Shown here in pieces: positions 16,711 to 24,597 of a stretch of DNA of 32,000 nucleotides. The position numbers and the translations under genes were made by a program. Within the stretch, counting starts at the first letter, position 1, and every line of letters starts with the position of its first letter. The stretch spans positions 780,001-812,000 of the forward strand of contig CP001848.1 of NCBI GenBank assembly GCA_000025185.1, written 5' to 3'. The stretch is from Pirellula staleyi DSM 6068 (GTDB lineage: Bacteria; Planctomycetota; Planctomycetia; Pirellulales; Pirellulaceae). The notes under the pieces were generated by a model. It searched no databases. It was not told the DNA's origin and was given only the letters and a program-made list of their open reading frames with translations.

Positions 16711-17568
16711 CTACTCCCGTGTGATTTGGTGGAAGCGTTTGGTGAGCTTGAGGGTGATGGGGCCGACGGTGCCGTCGCCAATCGGTCGGCTGTCGACTTT
16801 CACCACCGGGATGATCTCGGCGGCGCTGCCGGTGAGGAAGACTTCGTCGGCAATGTAGACATCGTGCTTGGTGAGGGCCATCTCGGCAACTTCGATCCCA
16901 GCTTCGCGGGCGATGTCGAGCACCGCGCCGCGGGTGATGCCGTCGAGAATGCCCGAGTCGAGCGAAGGGGTCATCAGCTTCCCCTTCTTCACCAGGAAGA
17001 TGTTGTCGCCGGTGCATTCGGCCACTTCCCCCTTGGCGTTGAGCATCAGCGCCTCGACACAGCCGGCCTGAAGACCTTCGATCTTCGCCATGATGTTGTT
17101 GAGGTAGTTCAGACTCTTGATGCGCGGGCTGAGGGCGGCGCTATGGTTGCGGATGGTGCTCGCCGTGATGATCTCGAGACCCTTCTCGTAGAACTCGGGC
17201 GGATAGAGGGCGATGTGATCGGTGATGCAGATCACTTGCGGATCGCTGGTCCGGTTGGGATCGAGTCCGAGCGAACCGGCGCCGCGGGTGACGATCAGGC
17301 GGATATAGCCGTCGCGAATGCCGTTGATTTCGAGGGTCTTATTGACGACCGTTCCCATCTCTTGCTTGCTGATCGGAATCTGCAGCCAGATTGCCTTGGC
17401 CGAATCCCACAAACGATCGAGATGCTCTTCCAAACGGAAGACCTTCCCCGAATAGCTCCGCATCCCTTCGAAAACGCCGTCGCCGTACAGCAGCCCGTGA
17501 TCATACACGCTGATCTTGGCGTTCTCTTTGTCGTAATACTTTCCGCTGATGTAGATCTGCAAAGCCAT
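16711..17568 (-). CDS. ilvE: branched-chain-amino-acid aminotransferase (fold-type IV PLP enzyme)
   Basis: Track ORF trimmed to ATG at 17568 (MALQIYISGKYY...). YDHGLLYGDGVFEGMRSY, EALMLNAKGEVAECTGDNIFLVKKGKLMTP, FLTGSAAEIIPV. Confidence 0.9.
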   Translation of the reverse strand: MALQIYISGKYYDKENAKISVYDHGLLYGDGVFEGMRSYSGKVFRLEEHLDRLWDSAKAIWLQIPISKQEMGTVVNKTLEINGIRDGYIRLIVTRGAGSLGLDPNRTSDPQVICITDHIALYPPEFYEKGLEIITASTIRNHSAALSPRIKSLNYLNNIMAKIEGLQAGCVEALMLNAKGEVAECTGDNIFLVKKGKLMTPSLDSGILDGITRGAVLDIAREAGIEVAEMALTKHDVYIADEVFLTGSAAEIIPVVKVDSRPIGDGTVGPITLKLTKRFHQITRE

Positions 17569-17766
17569 GGGAGAAGACTCGGTTTGACGGCCAGCAGCGG
17601 GTTGCTGACTGGGAAGGGAAGAAGTGCGCATGGTTTTTGAAAATACCTCGCGACGCTCTGCCCGGCCGCCTCCCGAAGAGTCGCCGAGCGCTCGTGCGTC
17701 GCTGAGAAGCTATGGATTTTACCTAGGCAACCGCGCGTGCATCAGGGGGAAGTGGCGCCTGGGGAG

Positions 17767-17801
17767 AAAAGTGCGGCATTTCTCGAGAAATTCGCACTTT
17801 T
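17767..17801 (-). terminator. 35-bp near-perfect palindrome, likely intrinsic terminator after lolD
   Basis: aaaagtgcg-gc-atttctcgagaaat-t-cgcactttt lies 12 nt downstream of the lolD stop. On the minus strand the stem is followed by TTTTCT. Confidence 0.5.
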
Positions 17802-17812
17802 AGGGCCGAAAA

Positions 17813-18625
17813 CTAGCCGTGATCGACCACCCCTTCGACCAGCTGCACGCTCCGATCGGCCGCTTTGGCGATCGCCTGGTCGTGGGTCACCATGACGATG
17901 GTAAGACCCTGCTCGCGGTTGAGGGTTCGCAGAATTTCGAGGATCCCCTCCCCCGTTTTTCGGTCGAGGTTGCCGGTCGGTTCGTCGGCCAGCAGCAGCT
18001 CGGGCTGCTGAATCAGCGCGCGAGCAATCGCGGTCCGCTGCATCTCACCCCCCGATAGTTCCTGCGGCTTATGGGTTAAACGATGCCCAAGACCAACCAG
18101 TTCGAGCAGCTCTTTGGCGCGCTGCTGATGAGCGCGGCGATAGCGCAGGTACTGAAACACCCCTTGGCTGATCATGATCGGGGTGAGGACGTTTTCGAGC
18201 GTCGAGAGCTCGGGAAGCAGATGATAGAACTGAAAGATCATGCCGAGCTTTTGATTGCGAAGCTTATCGCGCAAGCGCGGCGCGAGCTTGTCGATCCGCT
18301 CGCCGGCAAAATGAATTTCACCCTGGTCGGGCTGGTCGAGTGTGCCGAGCAGATGGAGCAGCGTCGTTTTGCCGCAACCACTTTGACCGACGATCGAAAC
18401 GAGTTCTCCTTTTCGCAGGTCGAGATCGACCCCGCGGAGCACCGGCACTTCGATCTTCCCTTTGCGATAGCTCTTGTGGAGCCCACGTGCTCGCAAAATC
18501 GCCGGAGCGTTGCTCTTGGTCGGCTGATCGATGCGGGTCGATTTCTCGGCTCCTGCGGCGTTTGGTTTGCCGGTGGAGTTTGCATGCTTCTGATCGCTGC
18601 GAAGCGAGCTTAGTAGTCCTGCCAT
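17813..18625 (-). CDS. lolD: ABC transporter ATP-binding protein, LolD/MacB-type
   Basis: Walker A GQSGCGKTT, signature LSGGEMQR, Walker B LLLADEPTGNLD, H-loop VMVTHD. Paired with an FtsX-type permease upstream. Confidence 0.85.
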   Translation of the reverse strand: MAGLLSSLRSDQKHANSTGKPNAAGAEKSTRIDQPTKSNAPAILRARGLHKSYRKGKIEVPVLRGVDLDLRKGELVSIVGQSGCGKTTLLHLLGTLDQPDQGEIHFAGERIDKLAPRLRDKLRNQKLGMIFQFYHLLPELSTLENVLTPIMISQGVFQYLRYRRAHQQRAKELLELVGLGHRLTHKPQELSGGEMQRTAIARALIQQPELLLADEPTGNLDRKTGEGILEILRTLNREQGLTIVMVTHDQAIAKAADRSVQLVEGVVDHG

Positions 18626-18699
18626 AAATCAACCCATCCTTGCCACTAGTGACTCGTCAACGCGTCAGGGAACTCGCGAACTCTCGTGCATCCTTACAC

Positions 18700-18748
18700 C
18701 ACTGCTGGGCAAGCCAGCTAGTAGCCACCCAGTAGCCAGCTAGTGGCC
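18700..18748. repeat. hairpin module A plus a partial duplicate inside the permease-ATPase intergenic gap
   Basis: cactgctgggcaagccagctagtagccaccc followed by agtagccagctagtggcc. Confidence 0.8.
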
Positions 18749-18765
18749 AACCAAAGGGCTTTCCA

Positions 18766-20298
18766 CTATTCGTAGCGCAGTGCTTCGACCGGATGCATGC
18801 GTGCGGCACGCAGCGCGGGGATCACGCTGGCGAGCACGGCAATCAGCACCGCACCGACCATCACGCCGAGCACGGTCGAGGGCTCGATGACGGTCGGTAT
18901 TTTTTGGAAGTAGTAGACCGTCGGATCAAACACCTCTTGGCCGGTAATCACCTCGATCAGCTCGGCGAGTTGATTGATGTAGACCACGAACAAGAGGCCG
19001 CCGATCATCCCGACACCGCTCCCGAGGAGCCCGAGCGCGAGGCCGTAGTTCAGAAAAATGCTCATCACGCCGCTGCTCGGTGCGCCGAGCGCTTTGAGGA
19101 TGCCGATGTCGCGAGTTTTCTCGACGACGATCATGAAGAAGGTCGAGAGAATGCCGAAACCGGCCACCGCGATGATGAGGAACAGCAGGATGTTCAGCAG
19201 CGTCGTTTCCATCTGCACGGCTGCCAGCAGCGGCCCTTGCATGTCGCGCCAGGTTTGAATGCGGTAGGGAAATTCTTCGGTCGGAAAGCGGTCGCGCAGT
19301 CGGTCGCGAATGGCGACGAGGTTCGCGCCGTCGCGCAGCTTCAGCTGAATGGTGGTCACAGCTTCCGCGCCGGTGGTGGGATCAACCATGCCGCGCTTCT
19401 GCTGCAGCGCTTTGAGCGGAACGAACGCAAATCCGCTGTCGTACTCGCTCATTTTGCTTTCGTAGAAATCGACGACGGTGAAGTATTCGCTGAGGGCTTG
19501 TGGCTTCTGACCAGCCGAAGCAAACGCAATTTGCACATCGTCACCAGGGCGGCACAAGTAATAGTCTTGCACTTCCCCTTGAGCATCGCGCTGCCGCACG
19601 CTGCCGATCGCGATGCCGAGAATCACGCCGGTATATTGTTCTTTGATCGGATCGAACGCTTCGACCGGAGCATCTTGCTCGGCAGCTCGCGTGGCAAATG
19701 GATCGGACGGCAGCGGAATGCCACCCGCCGACGAACCAGGGCTTTGCTTGGCGGCTTGCAGCTGTTTTTGGGTCTCGAGGTATTCGCGTTCGTAGCTCAC
19801 TTTCAGGCGGCGATACTTCCAGCCGGAAGGGGGCATTTCGTGATCGACATTGCCGTAGCCCTCTTCGCGGAGTCGAAACGTCAGCTTCTCGCGGTTGCCG
19901 GGATGGAGCAGATACTCGCGAAAATCGCTCACGTCGGCATAGGTTGCTTCGTCGACACCGATGAGGGTGACTTGACGCGGAATCCATTCGCCGCGCACCG
20001 GAATGTTGATCATCGCTGGCACATGCACAGCGGCGGTGATCCCCACCAGATCGTCGCCGACGATCTGCTTGATCTCGTCGATATGCCACTGCGGATTTTG
20101 GAATCCATCTTGGCTGTGCGATTCCATGATGATGTCGGCCAGGATGCCGTGGAGCCTGACGTTCATTTCGCGCGTGAAGCCAGCCATCACGCTGTTGACG
20201 ACGATCAGTGTCCCCACGCCGAGGGTGACACTCACGATCGAAGCGAGCGCGATCCAGCGTGTGCGGAGATAACGCCACGAGAGGAGAAGCTTGTACAT
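18766..20298 (-). CDS. ABC transporter permease, LolC/E-MacB (FtsX) family with enlarged periplasmic domain
   Basis: N-terminal TM (WIALASIVSVTLGVGTLIVV), a ~330-aa soluble domain, and a C-terminal FtsX-type 3-TM bundle (DIGILKALGAPSSGVMSIF...). Confidence 0.85.
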   Translation of the reverse strand: MYKLLLSWRYLRTRWIALASIVSVTLGVGTLIVVNSVMAGFTREMNVRLHGILADIIMESHSQDGFQNPQWHIDEIKQIVGDDLVGITAAVHVPAMINIPVRGEWIPRQVTLIGVDEATYADVSDFREYLLHPGNREKLTFRLREEGYGNVDHEMPPSGWKYRRLKVSYEREYLETQKQLQAAKQSPGSSAGGIPLPSDPFATRAAEQDAPVEAFDPIKEQYTGVILGIAIGSVRQRDAQGEVQDYYLCRPGDDVQIAFASAGQKPQALSEYFTVVDFYESKMSEYDSGFAFVPLKALQQKRGMVDPTTGAEAVTTIQLKLRDGANLVAIRDRLRDRFPTEEFPYRIQTWRDMQGPLLAAVQMETTLLNILLFLIIAVAGFGILSTFFMIVVEKTRDIGILKALGAPSSGVMSIFLNYGLALGLLGSGVGMIGGLLFVVYINQLAELIEVITGQEVFDPTVYYFQKIPTVIEPSTVLGVMVGAVLIAVLASVIPALRAARMHPVEALRYE

Positions 20299-20513
20299 AA
20301 ACGGGCCATCCTTGGCAGACGAACTAGCACGAAACCGAGCTCGAGTAGGCTGATCGCCGAGAACATCGAGTGGTGGTGATTATGGGGGATCGTGCGAAAA
20401 CTCGGAACATCAGTTTCACCGCCGAATTTCCGCAGCGAAACGAGCCTCAGCGAAGTTCCGAAAATCGAAACCAGCCGAGATGCGTGTGCTAGTTAGGGAG
20501 TGCTAGCTGCGTC

Positions 20514-20531
20514 GGGCCGGTTCCACCGGCC
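20514..20531. repeat. hairpin module B' (solo)
   Basis: gggccggttccaccggcc. Confidence 0.7.
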
Positions 20532-20649
20532 GGTGCATCGCGTTTGCAAGAAATCAACATTCTGTGCCCGCTTCGATTCGCGTATAAGCCACGCTGCCCG
20601 CACAAATTTTCACTGAACCCATCGCACCTAAAAACAAGAGATCGCAAAG

Positions 20650-21309
20650 ATGATGACGATCGAGCGAATCCGGCAACATAAGGCGGTGGCGTGGATCTGC
20701 TTGGGCATGCTACTGGCGACTGCCATGCTGACGGGCTCTGCGATTTGGCGATTTAACAGTCGCACGAACCGACCTGCGGTCGATACGCAAAGCGTCTCAG
20801 AATCCATACATCCTAGTGGGCATCTAGACTACGCTGCCATGATTAAACAGGCTCGCGCTGAAAGCGATATCGACGCGGAAAGAGCTTCAAAAACTACAGA
20901 TCCTACTTTGGAATTGAACTACTACGCTGCCATGATTAAACAGGCTCGCGTTGAATGCGATATCGACAAAATGTTTGTATTACCCGGCGCCACGCTTAGC
21001 AACGAAGACCTTGCCAACCTGCGTTTTTTCCCGAAGCTGAAATCTCTCGCGCTGCAGGTCGATAGCCTCGACGACCGCTCCCTCGAACATATCGAAAAAC
21101 TACCGCAACTCGAGCGTCTCGATTTACGCGGTACCGGTCTGACGGATGCCGGACTAGAGCGACTGGCCGCAAAAAAATCGCTCACGAACGTCTCAGTTGC
21201 AGGGACAAAAGTAACGAGAGCCGGTTACGACAAATTCTGCTCCCTCCGACCAGACGTCAGTGCCACGATCTATCACAGCTTGGTAACCTGCGATCCCTAC
21301 GACGAATGA
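20650..21309 (+). CDS. membrane-anchored leucine-rich-repeat protein with internal duplication
   Basis: TM anchor AVAWICLGMLLATAMLTGSAIW. LRR-like units LKSLALQVDSLDD..LEHIEKLPQLERLDLRGTGLTDAGLERL. 46-bp repeat at 20829 and 20922. Confidence 0.7.
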   Translation: MMTIERIRQHKAVAWICLGMLLATAMLTGSAIWRFNSRTNRPAVDTQSVSESIHPSGHLDYAAMIKQARAESDIDAERASKTTDPTLELNYYAAMIKQARVECDIDKMFVLPGATLSNEDLANLRFFPKLKSLALQVDSLDDRSLEHIEKLPQLERLDLRGTGLTDAGLERLAAKKSLTNVSVAGTKVTRAGYDKFCSLRPDVSATIYHSLVTCDPYDE

Positions 21310-21322
21310 AGCTTCTGGGCTT

Positions 21323-21380
21323 CGGCCGGTAGAACCGGCCCTACGCGGAACACTGCTGGACAAGCCAGCTAGTAGCCACC
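21323..21380. repeat. composite hairpin modules B+A between convergent genes
   Basis: ggccggtagaaccggccctac-gcggaa-cactgctggacaagccagctagtagccaccc. Confidence 0.8.
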
Positions 21381-21403
21381 CGGTAACGAGCTGTACACTC
21401 GCT

Positions 21404-22990
21404 CTATTCCTGCTCGGGGCGGAGCAACGGGAAGAGGATCACTTCGCGGATCGAAGCGGTATTCGTCAGCAGCATCACGAGGCGGTCGATGCCGATGCCA
21501 AGTCCGCCCGCCGGTGGCATGCCATGCTTCAGGGCGCGGATGAAATCGTGGTCCATCTTGGCCATCGAATCTTCTTCTGCCATGCCGTCGAGCTGCGTCC
21601 GAAACAGCTGATCCTGCAGGTCGGGATCGTTCAGTTCGGTGTAGGCATTGGCGACTTCCATGCCGTAGACAAACAGCTCGAAACGCTCGGCCACTTCGGG
21701 CTTCTCGCGCTTGCGCTTGGTGAGGGGGCAGATGCTCGCCGGATAGTCGGTCACAAAAATCGGACCCACTAGCGCATCTTCCACCTTCTCTTCAAAGACT
21801 TCGCTCTTGATCACATCGGGGTGTTTGCCTGCGGTGTCGAAGCCGAGCTTCTCGGCGAGCGCTTTGACCGCCGCTGCGTCGCTCGGATCGACCCCGGCAT
21901 GCTCGGCAAACAGTTCGTCGTAGGTCTTGCGGGCAAACGGCGGGGTGAAGTCGATGGTCTTTTCCCCCCAAGGGCGGACGAACTTGCCATCGGTCGCGCG
22001 GATGGCGTTGCAGATGATCGACTCGGTGAGGTCCATCATCGAGCGATAGTCGCCGTAAGCCTGGTAGACCTCGAGCATCGTGAACTCGGGGTTATGGCGT
22101 GGGCTTAAGCCTTCGTTGCGATAGACACGGCCGAGTTCAAAAACCCGTTCCATGCCACCGACAAGCAGCCGCTTGAGATGCAGCTCGAGCGCGATGCGAA
22201 GGAACAGATCGATGTTGAGCGCGTTGTGATGCGTGGTGAACGGTCGCGCGGCAGCACCACCGGCGATGGCGTGGAGCGTCGGCCCTTCGATTTCGCAAAA
22301 ACCTTGTTCGGTGAGGGTGCTGCGTATCGAGCGGACGATTTTCGTCCGATCGAGAAACCGCTGGAGCACGCCGTCGGTGGTTTGCAGATCGACGTAGCGC
22401 ATGCGGTGGCGCAGTTCGGGGTCGGTGAGCCCCTTATGCTTGTCGGGCGGTGGGGCGATGCTCTTGGTGAGGAAGTGGAGCTTCTCGGCAAAGATGGTGA
22501 GCTCCCCCATCTTCGTGTAGCGCAGTTCGCCGTCGACGCCGATCAAATCCCCGAGGTCAAAACATTCGGAGATCGCCCAGTCGTTCTCTCCCACTTGCGC
22601 GCGGCCGATGAAGAGCTGAATCCGGCCGGTCCAGTCTTGGATGTCGACGAAGCGGAGCTTACCGGTGTCGCGCGAGAGGACGATTCGTCCCGCAGCGCGC
22701 ACTTTGGGGCCTTTGAATTCCCCTTTTCCTTGGGCAGCGACCCACGCGCGGAAGTCGATCGAAGGATCTGCTTCGCGGTCGGGGGCAGCGATCACTTCCC
22801 CTGATTCAAGGTGAAACTGAACAGCCGACTTTTGTGCGCGAATCTCACCCAGCAGCGTCCGGTCGTCGAAACGCTGTCCCCAGGGATCGACCCCCAGGGC
22901 GACGAGTTTCTTCATCTTTTCGCGGCGCGACTGTTCGTGAATGCCAGCTTCAGTGGCGGCATCCATGGGCTCTGGCGTATTCTCGGACAT
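21404..22990 (-). CDS. lysS: lysine--tRNA ligase, class II
   Basis: Track ORF trimmed to ATG at 22990 (MSENTPEP...). OB anticodon domain (VRAAGRIVLSRDTGKLRFVDIQD), RVFELGRVYRNEG, GGLGIGIDRLVMLL. Confidence 0.95.
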   Translation of the reverse strand: MSENTPEPMDAATEAGIHEQSRREKMKKLVALGVDPWGQRFDDRTLLGEIRAQKSAVQFHLESGEVIAAPDREADPSIDFRAWVAAQGKGEFKGPKVRAAGRIVLSRDTGKLRFVDIQDWTGRIQLFIGRAQVGENDWAISECFDLGDLIGVDGELRYTKMGELTIFAEKLHFLTKSIAPPPDKHKGLTDPELRHRMRYVDLQTTDGVLQRFLDRTKIVRSIRSTLTEQGFCEIEGPTLHAIAGGAAARPFTTHHNALNIDLFLRIALELHLKRLLVGGMERVFELGRVYRNEGLSPRHNPEFTMLEVYQAYGDYRSMMDLTESIICNAIRATDGKFVRPWGEKTIDFTPPFARKTYDELFAEHAGVDPSDAAAVKALAEKLGFDTAGKHPDVIKSEVFEEKVEDALVGPIFVTDYPASICPLTKRKREKPEVAERFELFVYGMEVANAYTELNDPDLQDQLFRTQLDGMAEEDSMAKMDHDFIRALKHGMPPAGGLGIGIDRLVMLLTNTASIREVILFPLLRPEQE

Positions 22991-23138
22991 CGTGATTCCA
23001 GGGACTAGTGCGGCGGGCACGAGCTCGAAAGTGCTGGCAATAAAGTGATAACCAGCAACATTTTATTGCCATGCGGCTAGGGAGCAAGGAGAGGGACGGG
23101 AGGTTCGCTTCGAGCGCCGCGGGGGCTCACCGGGGATG

Positions 23139-23807
23139 CTACGGCAATCCAAAGCTGACAATCAGCTGCAACTGGCTTGCGGCGGCCAGATCCTTGGGAG
23201 TGATCAATTGGCGGTCGACCGGCACCGGTCCTTGTTCGATCTGGGTGATCGTTTTCTCGAACGGCTGCCAGCGGAGATCGCCAAACCGGACCAGCTTGCC
23301 GACCGTCTCGCCCCCGCTCGCATCGCGATACGCTTTATAGATCAGCTCGCTGCAGTAGATTTTTTCGTCGTCCATCTGATAACGCACATCGTAGGGCCGA
23401 CCTTGATAGGCACGTGTGGCTTCGAGCAGTTGGGGGACGAGCGGCTGCAGGTCGTCGCGCCAGCGGTAGACGGCAAAATGCTCGTCGCGACCGCGCATGA
23501 GAAACTCCGAGAGGGGTGTTGCGCCGACAGCGGCATACGCTTCGTACACCACCCAGTTGCCATCGAGCCGAGCAACGATGCCACAGTGCGAAAAGGGAGA
23601 CTCGGTCGCTCCCTCGATGGCGCTGACCAGTGGCGAATGGGGAAGCGATTGAAAAATCACATCCCCTTCCCTCGGCTGATAGCGGAGCCGCGCGAGGATC
23701 GCTGGCCCATACGTGGCACCTACGACCACAAGCGCGAGCACCACAAAAACTGCCAGGAGCGCCACGAAGATCTGTCGCTCCCGGGCGCGTCGCGAAGGGG
23801 CTGGCAT
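23139..23807 (-). CDS. YiiX/DUF830-type permuted papain-like (NlpC/P60 superfamily) hydrolase, membrane-anchored
   Basis: ATG at 23807 with GAGGAG upstream. TM IFVALLAVFVVLALVVVGA. GDVIFQS...SHCGIV...VYEA...YCSELIYKAY pattern. Confidence 0.75.
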   Translation of the reverse strand: MPAPSRRARERQIFVALLAVFVVLALVVVGATYGPAILARLRYQPREGDVIFQSLPHSPLVSAIEGATESPFSHCGIVARLDGNWVVYEAYAAVGATPLSEFLMRGRDEHFAVYRWRDDLQPLVPQLLEATRAYQGRPYDVRYQMDDEKIYCSELIYKAYRDASGGETVGKLVRFGDLRWQPFEKTITQIEQGPVPVDRQLITPKDLAAASQLQLIVSFGLP

Positions 23808-23867
23808 CGAGAACTCCTCACGTAGTTTGACAACCATGCCAAGGAGCAGCGCGACGCGCAGGCTCCT

Positions 23868-24266
23868 CTACTCCACTGGTGTGACGAGCGAATCGAAGAC
23901 GCGGACGGTTTTCCAGTTCGCTTTGCACTCTTCGATGAACTTCAGGTGACGGGGGTGAGTGGCGTACAGATCGTGAGCCGCTTTGTCTTTGAAGACCAAA
24001 TGCAAAGCGACATCGAACGTTTGATCGTTCACCTCGCGCGCAAACTCTTCGCCACGTGCACCAGCCGAGTAGTACACCGTTCCTTCGTGTTTGCTCAGGT
24101 ATTTATTGCATGCATCGATCAAAGTTTTGCGCGTTTCGGGGGTGTTGTCTTTGAGTGTGAAGAAGACCATGTGGCCGATTTGTGGTTCGGCAGCCTGCAG
24201 CGAAGTTGCGAGGGACGAAGCGAGGAGCGTGGTAGCCAGCAGAGCCATAGTCAGCAGCGAGCGCAT
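23868..24266 (-). CDS. Dabb (stress-responsive alpha/beta-barrel) domain protein with Sec signal
   Basis: ATG at 24266 (MRSLLTMALLATTLLASSLATSLQAAEP). IGHMVFFTLKD...ALHLVFKDKAAHDLYATHPRHLKF. Confidence 0.75.
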   Translation of the reverse strand: MRSLLTMALLATTLLASSLATSLQAAEPQIGHMVFFTLKDNTPETRKTLIDACNKYLSKHEGTVYYSAGARGEEFAREVNDQTFDVALHLVFKDKAAHDLYATHPRHLKFIEECKANWKTVRVFDSLVTPVE

Positions 24267-24371
24267 GGGAGAAGTCTCCAAAAACAGCCTGAAAATTCGA
24301 AGAAAACGAGGCTGTAGTCTACTCGATCCGGGGAGTGAATTCGAGCAAGCTGGCCCTGTGTTGATGAGGCA

Positions 24372-24597
24372 CACTGGCAAAGCCAGTGGCACCCGAGAGT
24401 AAGGCCAATGCAGCCGGCCCTACCTTGCTGCTCTACCAACCGGGGCCGACGAAGTCGGCAAGAGACTCTCGCCCCAAAGTCTGCGAATTGCGAGGAGCCA
24501 ATGGTTATCTTCGAGCAGTTATCGAGTCGTACAAGACTCCAGCAGCTGCGCTGCCCCGGTAGCAGAGCTACCGGGGGTACCCACAGTCAGGCCGACC
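24372..24597. repeat. mosaic hairpin-module array (E, partial B, F', C')
   Basis: cactggcaaagccagtggcacccgag; ccggccctac; ccggggccgacgaagtcggcaagagac; ccccggtagcagagctaccgggggtaccc. Each matches blocks at 16150-16430 and/or 2325. Confidence 0.75.

Noticed and set aside
16375-17640. 421-aa plus-strand ORF spanning the repeat arm and ilvE
   Set aside because: It begins inside the hairpin-module/minisatellite region and then runs antisense to a well-supported ilvE. This is a shadow frame.
18793-20379. 528-aa plus-strand ORF
   Set aside because: Antisense shadow of the FtsX-type permease gene.
23036-23070. Perfect 9-bp inverted repeat ggcaataaa-N17-tttattgcc between the YiiX-like stop and the lysS start, possibly a terminator or lysS leader element
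   Set aside because: The stem is AT-rich with a 17-nt loop and no following U-tract on the minus strand. Nothing identifies it as a known lysine-responsive leader. Support is too weak to call.
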